A stretch of DNA of 64,000 nt from a bacterium. Its GTDB lineage: Bacteria > UBA8248. Below the pieces are notes generated by a model. It was not told the origin of the DNA, ran no database searches, and saw only the letters and a list, made by a program, of their open reading frames with translations. Of the stretch, positions 19,901 to 27,755 are shown in pieces. The position numbers and the translations under genes are program-made. The stretch is taken from NCBI GenBank assembly GCA_965199855.1, contig OZ241326.1, positions 2,656,001-2,720,000 of the forward strand. The letters run 5' to 3'. Every line of letters starts with the position of its first letter. The first letter of the stretch is position 1.

Positions 19901-21284
19901 CCTCCGAGAGCATGGCGAGCGTCTGCTCGAAGGCGGCCCGCTCAAGCCCGGCGTAGGGCCGCGCGCGCCTGACGAGCGCCCAGAGCGCCTCCTCGTCCAT
20001 CTCCCCTCGCGCCGCGACCTCGGCCACCATCTGCTGGGCGAGGATGTCGAGGGGCGCGCGCGGGAATATGACGCTGTCGAGCGCGCCCGCCCGCGCCGCG
20101 CGAACGGCCGCCGCGCTCTGCAGGAGCTCGTCCCTCGTCAGGGGGAAGACGACGCCCTCGGGCACCGCGCCCTTCCAGTGGCCGGAGCGCCCCACGCGCT
20201 GCAGCAGGGAGGCGATGGCCCTGGGCGCGCCCAGGTGGCAGACGAGATCGACGTGGCCTATATCGATGCCGAGCTCGAGCGAGGCCGTGGCGACGACGGC
20301 GGACAACTCGCCTGATTTGAGCCGCGCCTCGGCGTCCAGGCGGATTTTGCGCGAGAGGGAGCCGTGGTGGGCGGCGACGCGCCCCTCCCCCAGCCGGGCG
20401 GCGAGCTGGTGCGCGGCGCGCTCGGCGAGCCGCCGGGTGTGGACGAACACGATGGTCGCGCGGCGCTTCTCGACGCGCGCGGCCAGACGGTCGAACGTCT
20501 CGCCCCAGAACTCGTGCGAGGCGACGGGGCCCATCTCCTGATCGGGGACTTCCACGCGGAGCGACATCTCGCGCCTGTGGCCCGCGTTCACGATCGCGCA
20601 GGCGGGGGTGCCGTCCTCCCGCAGCCCCCCCGCGCCGACGAGCAGCCGCGCGACCTCCCGGATGGGCTTCTGCGTGGCGCTCAGGCCGATGCGCTGAAGC
20701 CGCCGCCCGCAGAGGGCGTCCAGGCGCTCGAGCGAGAGGGCGAGGTGCGCCCCGCGCTTGTCGCCCGCCACCGCGTGTATCTCGTCGACGATGACGGCGC
20801 GCGCCGTCTCGAGCACGGCGCGGCTGCGCTCCGCCGTCAGGAGGATGTAGAGCGACTCCGGCGTGGTGATGAGGACGTGGGGGCGCTTCCTCAGCATGAG
20901 CCTGCGCTCGCGCGCCGGGGTGTCGCCCGAGCGAACGGATACCCGGATTTCGGGGAGCGCGAGGCCCTCCGCGCGCGCGAGGGCGCGAATCTCGCCCAGG
21001 GGCGCCTGAAGGTTCTTCTGGATGTCGCTGCCGAGCGCCTTCAGGGGGGAGACGTAGACGACGCGGCATTCATCTTCGAGCTCGCCCGCCAGCGCGCCGC
21101 GGACGAGGCCGTCGATCGACCACAGGAAGGCGGCCAGCGTCTTGCCCGAGCCCGTGGGCGCGGCGATGAGCGCGTCGCGCCCCTCCGCGATGGGCGGCCA
21201 GCCCGCCTCCTGCGGGGCGCTCGGCGCGCCGAACCTCTCCGCGAACCACCGCGCGACGAGGGGGTGAAAGGGGGGGGAGAGCAT
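16968..21284 (-). CDS. lhr: Lhr-family ATP-dependent DEAD/H helicase (long form)
   Basis: APTGSGKT, YVSPLKAL, TTPESL, DEIH, SAT, SLELGID, QRVGRSGH; C-terminal winged-helix/glycosylase-like region. Confidence 0.92.
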   Translation of the reverse strand: MLSPPFHPLVARWFAERFGAPSAPQEAGWPPIAEGRDALIAAPTGSGKTLAAFLWSIDGLVRGALAGELEDECRVVYVSPLKALGSDIQKNLQAPLGEIRALARAEGLALPEIRVSVRSGDTPARERRLMLRKRPHVLITTPESLYILLTAERSRAVLETARAVIVDEIHAVAGDKRGAHLALSLERLDALCGRRLQRIGLSATQKPIREVARLLVGAGGLREDGTPACAIVNAGHRREMSLRVEVPDQEMGPVASHEFWGETFDRLAARVEKRRATIVFVHTRRLAERAAHQLAARLGEGRVAAHHGSLSRKIRLDAEARLKSGELSAVVATASLELGIDIGHVDLVCHLGAPRAIASLLQRVGRSGHWKGAVPEGVVFPLTRDELLQSAAAVRAARAGALDSVIFPRAPLDILAQQMVAEVAARGEMDEEALWALVRRARPYAGLERAAFEQTLAMLSEGVATSRGRRSAWLHRDRVNALVRPRRGARLCAITSGGAIPDAADYDVVEGAAETFVGRVNEDFAVESMAGDVFLLGNHSWRVRRVERDRVRVEDAEGLPPTIPFWLGEAPARTEELSEAVSSLREALAARPEAVDEAARLLRAECGLCESGAAQLLAYARETARALGRVPTRGEIVAERFFDEAGGMQLVIHSPYGGRVNRAWGHALRKRFCLTFDFELQAAATDDGIALSLSSQHSFPLEAIFGFARPDSLRKDMLQSALQSPAFANRWRWNAARALALPRRGGGRKTPIAIQRMRAEDLLAAVFPAQLACRDNHHGPIEPPDHPLVNETVENCLTEAMDLENLTALLRGIESGSVRTFCVETPAPSPMSHEILNANPYAFIDDAPLEERRSRAVPLRRSLPEGAEGARLDPAVIAEVRREAWPAPRGADEAHDALLSLCVLPEEDAAGEWAGWTEELLARNRLARAAWERGGRRRAGFVPAERMALLRAAIPGVALAPREIPVRGEADEAPAGEEARLALARGWMEALGPVSAEALAARVGLDVSDAEIALAALEGEGTVLRGRFADLSPGAPVEWCDRALLGRIHRGTLGKLRREIEPVTIADFIRCLLRWQRVHEESRLHGREGVLEAVRQLQGFELPAPAWEEEVLPARVRNYDPADLEELCLSGVLAWGRLRPGAQPPPREAAGRGRRSARPTRRALLAFVLREDAPMLVDARGAGEEAPANLSPAARAILDFLEERGASFLADVAAATGRLRTEVEEALWELVARGLVTGDGVAGLRALLMGASEKKRGERRLRALPGGRALARAAKERFLPVGRWSLWGAQDAPPDAEARREAFARQLLRRYGVVVRELAARESAAPRWRELVRVFRRLEARGEIRGGRFVSGLMGEQFALPEAVESLRAVRRLPKRGRPTIVHASDPLNLLGVILPGAKAPLRPRDVILYRDGLVADVGPLGEVRSRLENESFGTGGG

Positions 21285-21326
21285 GGCGTCAAACCCGCTC
21301 CGATATTCCGCAGCGCGCCGAGTCGA

Positions 21327-22163
21327 TCATCTGAACGCCGTTGTAGTTATCGGCGGTTTCTCCTGCTGTATCGCGTCTTTCAGCCTGTTGACCGCTATTT
21401 CTGAAAGATACGATCTCTCGGCGTCAATCCCGATGAAGCTCCTGCCGTTTCGCAGGGCGGCTACGCCGGTCGTCGCGCTTCCGCAGAACGGGTCGAGCAC
21501 GACGTCGCTCTCGTCCGTGCACGCCAGGATGATTCGCTCCAGGAGAGACTCGGGCTTCTGCGTCGGGTGCTTCCCGTATTTCTTCTCCCCGCTCCTGGGG
21601 GTTCCGATCGCCCAGACGCTGCGCATCTGCCGGCCCGGTTTTTTCATCATGTCTCCCGCCCACTCCGTCGTCTTCATCAACTCGTAGTTGAATTTATGCT
21701 TCGCCTTGCCGGTCTTGCGCGCCCAGATCAGGGTTTCATGGCTGGCGGCGAACATTCTGCAGGCCAGGTTCGGGGCCGCGTTCGGCTTATACCAGCATAT
21801 CTCGTTGAGCAGATGCCAGCCCTGGCTCTGAAGCGCGAACCCGCAGGCGTATATGGAATGATAGGTTCCCGAAACCCAGAAGGAGCCGTTCTTCTTCAGG
21901 ATTCTGCGGCACGCCTCGATCCAGGCGTAATGAAATTCATAATCCTTCTCTATTCCCCTGCTCGCGTCCCATTTCCCCTTGTCCACGCTCACGCGCCTTC
22001 CCGCGTGGCAGGTGAAGCCGCCGTTGGAAAGGTTGTAGGGAGGGTCCGCGAAGACCAGATCGACGCTTTCATCGGGAATGCCGGCCATGACCTCGACGGC
22101 GTCCCCGTTGAAGATCCTCGCGTTTTTTTCCGCGTAGAACGCCTCCCGCTTCTCCGCAGGCAT
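21327..22163 (-). CDS. Beta-class N4C/N6A DNA methyltransferase, DpnA-like
   Basis: ADPPYNLSNGG...VSVDKGKWD, HPTQKP, DPFCGSATT. Confidence 0.9.
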   Translation of the reverse strand: MPAEKREAFYAEKNARIFNGDAVEVMAGIPDESVDLVFADPPYNLSNGGFTCHAGRRVSVDKGKWDASRGIEKDYEFHYAWIEACRRILKKNGSFWVSGTYHSIYACGFALQSQGWHLLNEICWYKPNAAPNLACRMFAASHETLIWARKTGKAKHKFNYELMKTTEWAGDMMKKPGRQMRSVWAIGTPRSGEKKYGKHPTQKPESLLERIILACTDESDVVLDPFCGSATTGVAALRNGRSFIGIDAERSYLSEIAVNRLKDAIQQEKPPITTTAFR

Positions 22164-22368
22164 GACGCGGCTCCCGTTGATTCACCGAAAGGCGATTGCG
22201 CGACCGCCTCGGCTTCCCCGCGTGATTCTCCCTGTTCGCAACGGCTCATTCTACCGCAGGCGCGGCGCTTCATCACGCAGACCGCCGGGCGCGCCGGGGG
22301 TGAAAGGCGCGCGCGCCGTCCGCGTTCATCATGCGGGCATTCTATTGCAACTTCAGCCCGCCCGCGAA

Positions 22369-22397
22369 TTTGCAAAATCGCCGCGGCGGCGTATAAT
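22369..22397 (+). promoter_or_regulatory. Sigma-70 promoter for the MTase-REase pair
   Basis: TTGCAA-N16-TATAAT. Confidence 0.6.
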
Positions 22398-22569
22398 TTC
22401 CCGGAGCGACGCGCCCCCGACCGGAAAGACGCAGAAACGGGAAATGTGACATGATTTCCGACTTCCGGAGCACAGGGCGCGGGAGGCGCCTGAAGGTTGC
22501 TATCCTCATAGCTATAGCAACACCTGCCCTGCTCCGACAAAATCAGCCGCACCGCATCGGGCGGGCAAC

Positions 22570-23190
22570 GTGATGTATCGCGTTGATCGCAACAATTTCT
22601 ACAGCGAACAAAAGAACGCCACGATTTACACGCCGCCGGGCGTCAGCCGCTTTCTGTTCGGACTTCTCTGCGACAAAATCAACCCTTCGGGCATGGTTCT
22701 AGACCCGTGCGTCGGAGCCGGATCGCTGCTTCACCCCTTCCGCGAGGCCGGCTTTTCCACTCTGGGCATAGACATTGAAGGGCAGGGATTTTCCAACACC
22801 ATCATCCGCGATTTTCTCCTGTTCGAGGCGGACGAACTCCCGACGCCAGATCTGGTGATCGTCAATCCGCCGTTCAACATCGACCGCAAAACACAGGAAA
22901 TCGCCGCTCGAACCTTTGGCCGCCGGCCTTTGCTGCCCGAAGTCTGGCTGAGACAAATCATTGACCTGTGGGGAAAGGATATCCCCATAGCCTTGTTCGC
23001 TCCCTACGGCCTGCGTCTGAATCAAACGCTCACGAGCAGACGCTGGCGAAATTTCGCCGATGGAACCTACCCGGAAATCGCGTCCATCGTCTCACTGCCC
23101 AAAAACATTTACGCAGAGGTGCTGTTTCACAGCGAGGTATTGATATTCAACGTTGAAGGATTGAAAGGACACTACTTCTACGATGGCTAG
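22570..23190 (+). CDS. Short gamma-order N6-adenine DNA methyltransferase
   Basis: IYTP, LDPCVGAGSLL (motif I) followed by NPPF (motif IV); overlaps the REase start. Confidence 0.82.
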   Translation: MMYRVDRNNFYSEQKNATIYTPPGVSRFLFGLLCDKINPSGMVLDPCVGAGSLLHPFREAGFSTLGIDIEGQGFSNTIIRDFLLFEADELPTPDLVIVNPPFNIDRKTQEIAARTFGRRPLLPEVWLRQIIDLWGKDIPIALFAPYGLRLNQTLTSRRWRNFADGTYPEIASIVSLPKNIYAEVLFHSEVLIFNVEGLKGHYFYDG

Positions 23191-23902
23191 ATCAGCGGAT
23201 CTGCGAAGGAGCGCAGCGCAGCGCAGTCCCAAAAATATCGAATCCAAGCGCAGCGACAAGGCGATTCATCTGGCGATGCGGGACTGCATAGAATATCTCG
23301 AAAACCGTCTTCAAGAATACCTGAACGGATATGAACTCGACTTCGGCACGAAAATATCCTTCGGCCAATTGATCTCGCTCATCCGGCATTCCAGGCAACG
23401 CCACGAGTTCGACACCGTTTTCGATGATCGCACCATCAAGCCTGATGGCGGGGTCATCTGGCTCAGGAAAACAAATGACAGCGATTACCTGCGGCTGATT
23501 CTGGTATCGGAAATCAAAAAACAGGGAACCAACAGGGCGCGGCAAGAGGAAGGAAAACCGAGACAGGCGCAAGGAAACGCCATAGAGCGACTGGGGAAGA
23601 ATCTCACGGGCATCCGGGCCGCCATGAACCACGAAGTCCTCACTCCCTTCGTATGCTTCGGCTGGGGCTGCGATTTCGAGGAAAGTTACACCAGAGACTC
23701 CTTCGTCATGTCGAAACTATCCATGATGAACGAGTTTTATCCGCTCAACCGGACCTACGTATTCAAAAAAGACGGCTCGTCCGATAAAAACCGTTTCTCC
23801 CCGATTTCGATGTATTTCAGGGAGCCGGAGTGGACGCGGGAAGAAATGCTCAAAATTCTAAAAGAGGTGGGTGAAACGTCGCTTCGTTATTATCTCTTCT
23901 AG
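23183..23902 (+). CDS. EcoRI-family type II restriction endonuclease
   Basis: IKPDGG...SEIKKQG and QGNAIERLGKN, resembling EcoRI PDGG/EAKHQG/GNAIERSHKN; FGWGCDF. Confidence 0.82.
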   Translation: MARSADLRRSAAQRSPKNIESKRSDKAIHLAMRDCIEYLENRLQEYLNGYELDFGTKISFGQLISLIRHSRQRHEFDTVFDDRTIKPDGGVIWLRKTNDSDYLRLILVSEIKKQGTNRARQEEGKPRQAQGNAIERLGKNLTGIRAAMNHEVLTPFVCFGWGCDFEESYTRDSFVMSKLSMMNEFYPLNRTYVFKKDGSSDKNRFSPISMYFREPEWTREEMLKILKEVGETSLRYYLF

Positions 23903-23972
23903 GCAAGGACGCATTGCGGCCGCATCGTTTGCGAAATTCCAGACGGGGAAGCCTGTCAATCAAGTGTGGCGT

Positions 23973-24917
23973 CTAATTTGTCGAGTGTGGGATATGGGTA
24001 TTCGTGAAAAAGCTGCGAAGATCAGGCTCGACTTTCCCGAATGATTCGCGACCGAGTTGAAATATCTTTTTCAGTTTGCGTGGGTCAGACTCCATGAAAT
24101 CTGTTTTATAGGAACTGTCGGAAAACGAACCGTCAATCCGCAAGGTTTCAATGTCTGGAAAAAACAACTTCAGCAATTTTTCAACAGTGTTGGAGCTTGT
24201 CCTCAAGAGCGTCATGAAGGTTTTGGTTGGACGTATAGCCGTGAGAAGTCCTGATATCAGTCGCCGCTTCGCTGGATAGCTTCCTGTTCCGATACTCAAT
24301 ATCCGAATGTCTTTGCGATGGACTGCAAGCGGCCCCAAAGCGTCCGCCAAGGCAAAAAGCGTGGGATTATTTGCCGTGAATCCCCCGTCTACGGCCATAA
24401 ACTCTCCGTGATCGGGGGTGGTTATGAGCTTTGTCTTGAAAAATGGATAAGCGGCGCAGGAAGCGATTACCGCATCTGATATTTTTACGCCAAAACCCGC
24501 CTTAAAACTGCTGGATCTCCCATGCGCCTGACTGACGAGCCGTTTGAACACCCTAGGGCGGTTGTATTCGAGATGGGTAGCAACAATGCCAACATTTACC
24601 TTGAATTCTTCGAAGGTTTTTTCACCATAGATTTTTCGCGCATGGCGATGCAACGCCGCGCTTCTTGAGCATCCTGAAAAACGCCCCATGACATCGGGTG
24701 CAATCTCAAAATAGCGCTTTCGAATCGTCGTCTCGACTCCATCACCCAGAGCGATCATCGAAGCTATGATTGAGCCTGTGCTGGTCCCATAAATAAGGGT
24801 GAATTTTTTGTGCAAGGGGCATTTTAACATGCGCTCTATTTCGACCAGCACGCCGAGAGTATAAACCCCAAGCGAGCCGCCGCCGTCGAGCGAAAGGATG
24901 AAAAAAGGCTGGCTCAT
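23973..24917 (-). CDS. Patatin-like phospholipase, CBASS effector (CapV/CapE-like)
   Basis: LSLDGGG, GTSTG (GxSxG), DGG, NNP, SIGTG; ATGA overlap with the CD-NTase stop. Confidence 0.9.
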   Translation of the reverse strand: MSQPFFILSLDGGGSLGVYTLGVLVEIERMLKCPLHKKFTLIYGTSTGSIIASMIALGDGVETTIRKRYFEIAPDVMGRFSGCSRSAALHRHARKIYGEKTFEEFKVNVGIVATHLEYNRPRVFKRLVSQAHGRSSSFKAGFGVKISDAVIASCAAYPFFKTKLITTPDHGEFMAVDGGFTANNPTLFALADALGPLAVHRKDIRILSIGTGSYPAKRRLISGLLTAIRPTKTFMTLLRTSSNTVEKLLKLFFPDIETLRIDGSFSDSSYKTDFMESDPRKLKKIFQLGRESFGKVEPDLRSFFTNTHIPHSTN

Positions 24918-25762
24918 GGCCAATTGTCCCATAGATGTATGAGCGCACTGATGCAGGCACGGGCGGCTTGAATACTTGTTTGATGTTCGCCCACGCCGAA
25001 CATTTTTTGTTGGCCGTTCTGGCAGACAAAAGAATCAAGAGAGTTATTTTCGCTGGCTTTCCCAAGGCAAATCAACACATTGCGAAATGTATTTTGATAA
25101 TTCACAGTGAAGTTATTTCTAGGAACATTGTAGAGCAGACATTCTAGAAAATACGAAGGGAAATCGTTGCCGGCCGCGTTTCTGGCGTTCTTGAAAACCC
25201 GAACGTTGGGCTTGTAACAATCGTTGCAACCCTGATTTTTCTCCGAACCGTTTTTGAGGTGCAGCTTAGGATAATTGATCACCTGTATTCCGTTCCGAGT
25301 CCAGAACGTTATCCCTTTTACGTACTGGTTGATATTCGAATATCTACGATATTCGCTACAAGGAACAACATCAGCGTTAAGCCGACTTCCAGGTCCAGTC
25401 ACCTTGATGCACTTATTGCCTTGGGTGACTAAATGGGCCCCGTAATAATTCGACATTGCTTTTTTCACTTCGTCCCGAAATTGCGCCCACGTGAACGAGC
25501 CGGGAGTCCATCCATATCTATGTTGCTCGCGATCTGGCACGTTGTGACAAAAAGCGTCCGTTTCGACAACTATATCAACATCACTGTCTCCACGAATGTT
25601 GGTGTGGTTTGGATAAGAACCCTGGAGATATACAGTGTAAGTCATATCACTAGGCCATTTATGCGCGCCAAGCGCTGTTTTGATGGAGGCGTAAGTATCG
25701 GCGGAGCCCTTTTGCGCGCCTAGTTGGGACCAGCTTTCAAGTTGCCGCTCAGGTATGACCAT
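24914..25762 (-). CDS. cGAS/DncV-like nucleotidyltransferase (CdnE-like CD-NTase)
   Basis: QGSYPNHTNIRGDSDVDIVV, ADVVP, INYPKLH..NG..KN, YK..VRVFKNAR, SYFLECLLYNVP. Confidence 0.9.
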   Translation of the reverse strand: MVIPERQLESWSQLGAQKGSADTYASIKTALGAHKWPSDMTYTVYLQGSYPNHTNIRGDSDVDIVVETDAFCHNVPDREQHRYGWTPGSFTWAQFRDEVKKAMSNYYGAHLVTQGNKCIKVTGPGSRLNADVVPCSEYRRYSNINQYVKGITFWTRNGIQVINYPKLHLKNGSEKNQGCNDCYKPNVRVFKNARNAAGNDFPSYFLECLLYNVPRNNFTVNYQNTFRNVLICLGKASENNSLDSFVCQNGQQKMFGVGEHQTSIQAARACISALIHLWDNWP

Positions 25763-25832
25763 AGATTGCCCCTAAATTTTACGGTATTTCCCAAATTAAA
25801 CCGAATCAGATTATTTATACAGTCTTGCCCCC

Positions 25833-27545
25833 CTAATCCGTCATCACGTACTCCCGGGCGCGGAAGGGGGCGCCGAGCTCCTCGGCCGCCACCTTGCGGC
25901 AGGCCTCAATGTCGATGAGGCCGGGCATGGCGACGGCGGTCACCTCCACCTCGGGGATGCAGTTCTTCGCCCAGCGGATGAACTCCTTGACGGCGGGGTA
26001 GGGATCCTCCACCCCCTTCGTCTTGCAGACCTTCGCGTAGGCCTCGGGGCTTTCCGCCTGGAGGGAGACGGAGACGGCGTCCACCAGGCCGCGCAGCTCG
26101 GGCAGGACGTTGCGCCCGTGCGTCCGGTTCGCCAGCCCGTTCGTCGTCAGGCGGACGCGCCGCGCCCCGCGCCGCTTGAGCTCGCCGGCCGCCTCCTTCA
26201 GGAGGTCGAGCCGCAGGGTCGGCTCCCCGAACCCGCTGAAGACGACCTCGGAGAAGCGCGAGGGATCGCCGGCGGCGGCGAGAACCTCGGCCAGGTCCGG
26301 CTCGTGGCCGAGGGCGAGGTTGCGCCCCCGATAGACGCGGTCGCTCAGCAGGCCGCAGTAGAAGCAGGCGTTCTGGCACTCGTTCGTGATGTTGAGGTAG
26401 AGCGCGTCTCCGAGGGCATAGGCGACGCGCCCCTCCTCGGGCGGCGGCCCGACGCCGAAGAGGCGGCGCGCGTTCTCGGTCGTCGCACGCGCGGCCTCCT
26501 CGACCGGGACGCCCCGAAGCTCCGCCAGCACCTCCGCCACCCGAACGAGGTAGGCCGGCTCGTTGCGCCCGCCCCGGTGGGGCGGGGGGGCGAGATAGGG
26601 GCTGTCCGTCTCCAGCAGGACGCGCTCCATCGGGACGCCCGCGAATACCTCCCGCAGCTCCTCCGAGCGCGAAAACGCGATGGCACCCCCCGCGCCCAGG
26701 TGGAAGTCCATGTCCAGGAACCTGCGGGCCTCCCCGGCGCCGCCCGTGAAGCAGTGGATGACCCCGCCCGCGCGCCAGGCCCTCTCCTCCTCGAGGATCG
26801 CGAGGACGTCCTCCGCCGCGTCGCGGCAGTGAACGGCGATGGGCTTTCTCGCCTCGACGGCGAGCCGTATCTGCTCGCGGAACCACCTGCGCTGAAGCTT
26901 GCGCGGCGCGCCCTCGCGGTAGTAGTCGAGGCCGATTTCGCCCACGGCCGCGACCTTCGGGTTCTCCAGGAGCCGGGCGAGGCCCTTGATGGTTCGCTCG
27001 TCCGCGCCCCCGACCTCGCTCGGGTGAACGCCGACGGCGGCGTGGACGCCCGCGTAGGAGACGGCGAGGTCCGCCGTCCTGCGGCTCGACTCCAGGCAGC
27101 TGCCCATCGAAATGACGTAGCGCACCCTCGCCTCGATGGCGCGCTCCACCGCCCCCCGGCGATCCGGATCGAACGCCTTGTCGATGAGGTGGGCGTGGGT
27201 ATCGACCAGAACGGGCAGGCCGTCCGCGGCGGGAAGGGCGGGGATGATGACGCGCGGCGCGGGGGCGCGCCCGGGGGGTCTGCGGCCTCCGCCCCCCCGG
27301 CCCGGACGCCGGCGGCGGGAGGCGTCGCGCGCCTCGCGGCTCTCCGCGGGCGCGCCGGATGCGGCCGCCTTCCGCGGACGCGCCCCGGGCGCCCGCCCCG
27401 CCGCCTGGTTCGCGGACTTGCGCGCCTCGGGGCGATGGCTCTCCCCGCGGCCCCGCCTGCGCCTGCGGCGGTTGTGGCGCCCCCGGCCCTCGCCGTCGGG
27501 ACGCGGGCGGGATTCCCCCTCGCCGGATTCGGATGATTCGCTCAC
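25833..27545 (-). CDS. tatD: TatD-family DNase fused to TatD-associated radical SAM domain
   Basis: DTHAH, GVHP, GEIGLDY, HCR, HCF, ETDSPYL, then CQNACFYC and GFGEPT. Confidence 0.9.
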   Translation of the reverse strand: MSESSESGEGESRPRPDGEGRGRHNRRRRRRGRGESHRPEARKSANQAAGRAPGARPRKAAASGAPAESREARDASRRRRPGRGGGGRRPPGRAPAPRVIIPALPAADGLPVLVDTHAHLIDKAFDPDRRGAVERAIEARVRYVISMGSCLESSRRTADLAVSYAGVHAAVGVHPSEVGGADERTIKGLARLLENPKVAAVGEIGLDYYREGAPRKLQRRWFREQIRLAVEARKPIAVHCRDAAEDVLAILEEERAWRAGGVIHCFTGGAGEARRFLDMDFHLGAGGAIAFSRSEELREVFAGVPMERVLLETDSPYLAPPPHRGGRNEPAYLVRVAEVLAELRGVPVEEAARATTENARRLFGVGPPPEEGRVAYALGDALYLNITNECQNACFYCGLLSDRVYRGRNLALGHEPDLAEVLAAAGDPSRFSEVVFSGFGEPTLRLDLLKEAAGELKRRGARRVRLTTNGLANRTHGRNVLPELRGLVDAVSVSLQAESPEAYAKVCKTKGVEDPYPAVKEFIRWAKNCIPEVEVTAVAMPGLIDIEACRKVAAEELGAPFRAREYVMTD

Positions 27546-27599
27546 GCCATGAACTCCAGGCGCCCGCGAGGGGCGCGCATTTCACGAAGGCGGCAGCGC

Positions 27600-27720
27600 G
27601 TTCGCCGCGCGTCGAAGGATATTTCGATTGTCATCGCGGGCGAAGCCGCAAGCCCGAAGCCGACGGGAAAGCCATGGATTCCGCAACCCTTCCGCCTTGT
27701 CGGGATTGACGCGCGCGAAG
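27600..27720. repeat. REP-like elements between metG and tatD
   Basis: GGATTCCGCAACCCTTCCGCCTTGTCGGGATTGACG matches the units at ~40595-40650 and 45290-45326 in reverse. Confidence 0.65.
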
Positions 27721-27755
27721 CATACCATCGCCTTCACGCAAGGCGGACGCCGCGC

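Noticed and set aside
21290-25830. Prophage or integrative-element origin for the defence islet
   Set aside because: No integrase, transposase, tRNA target or att-like direct repeats seen by eye.
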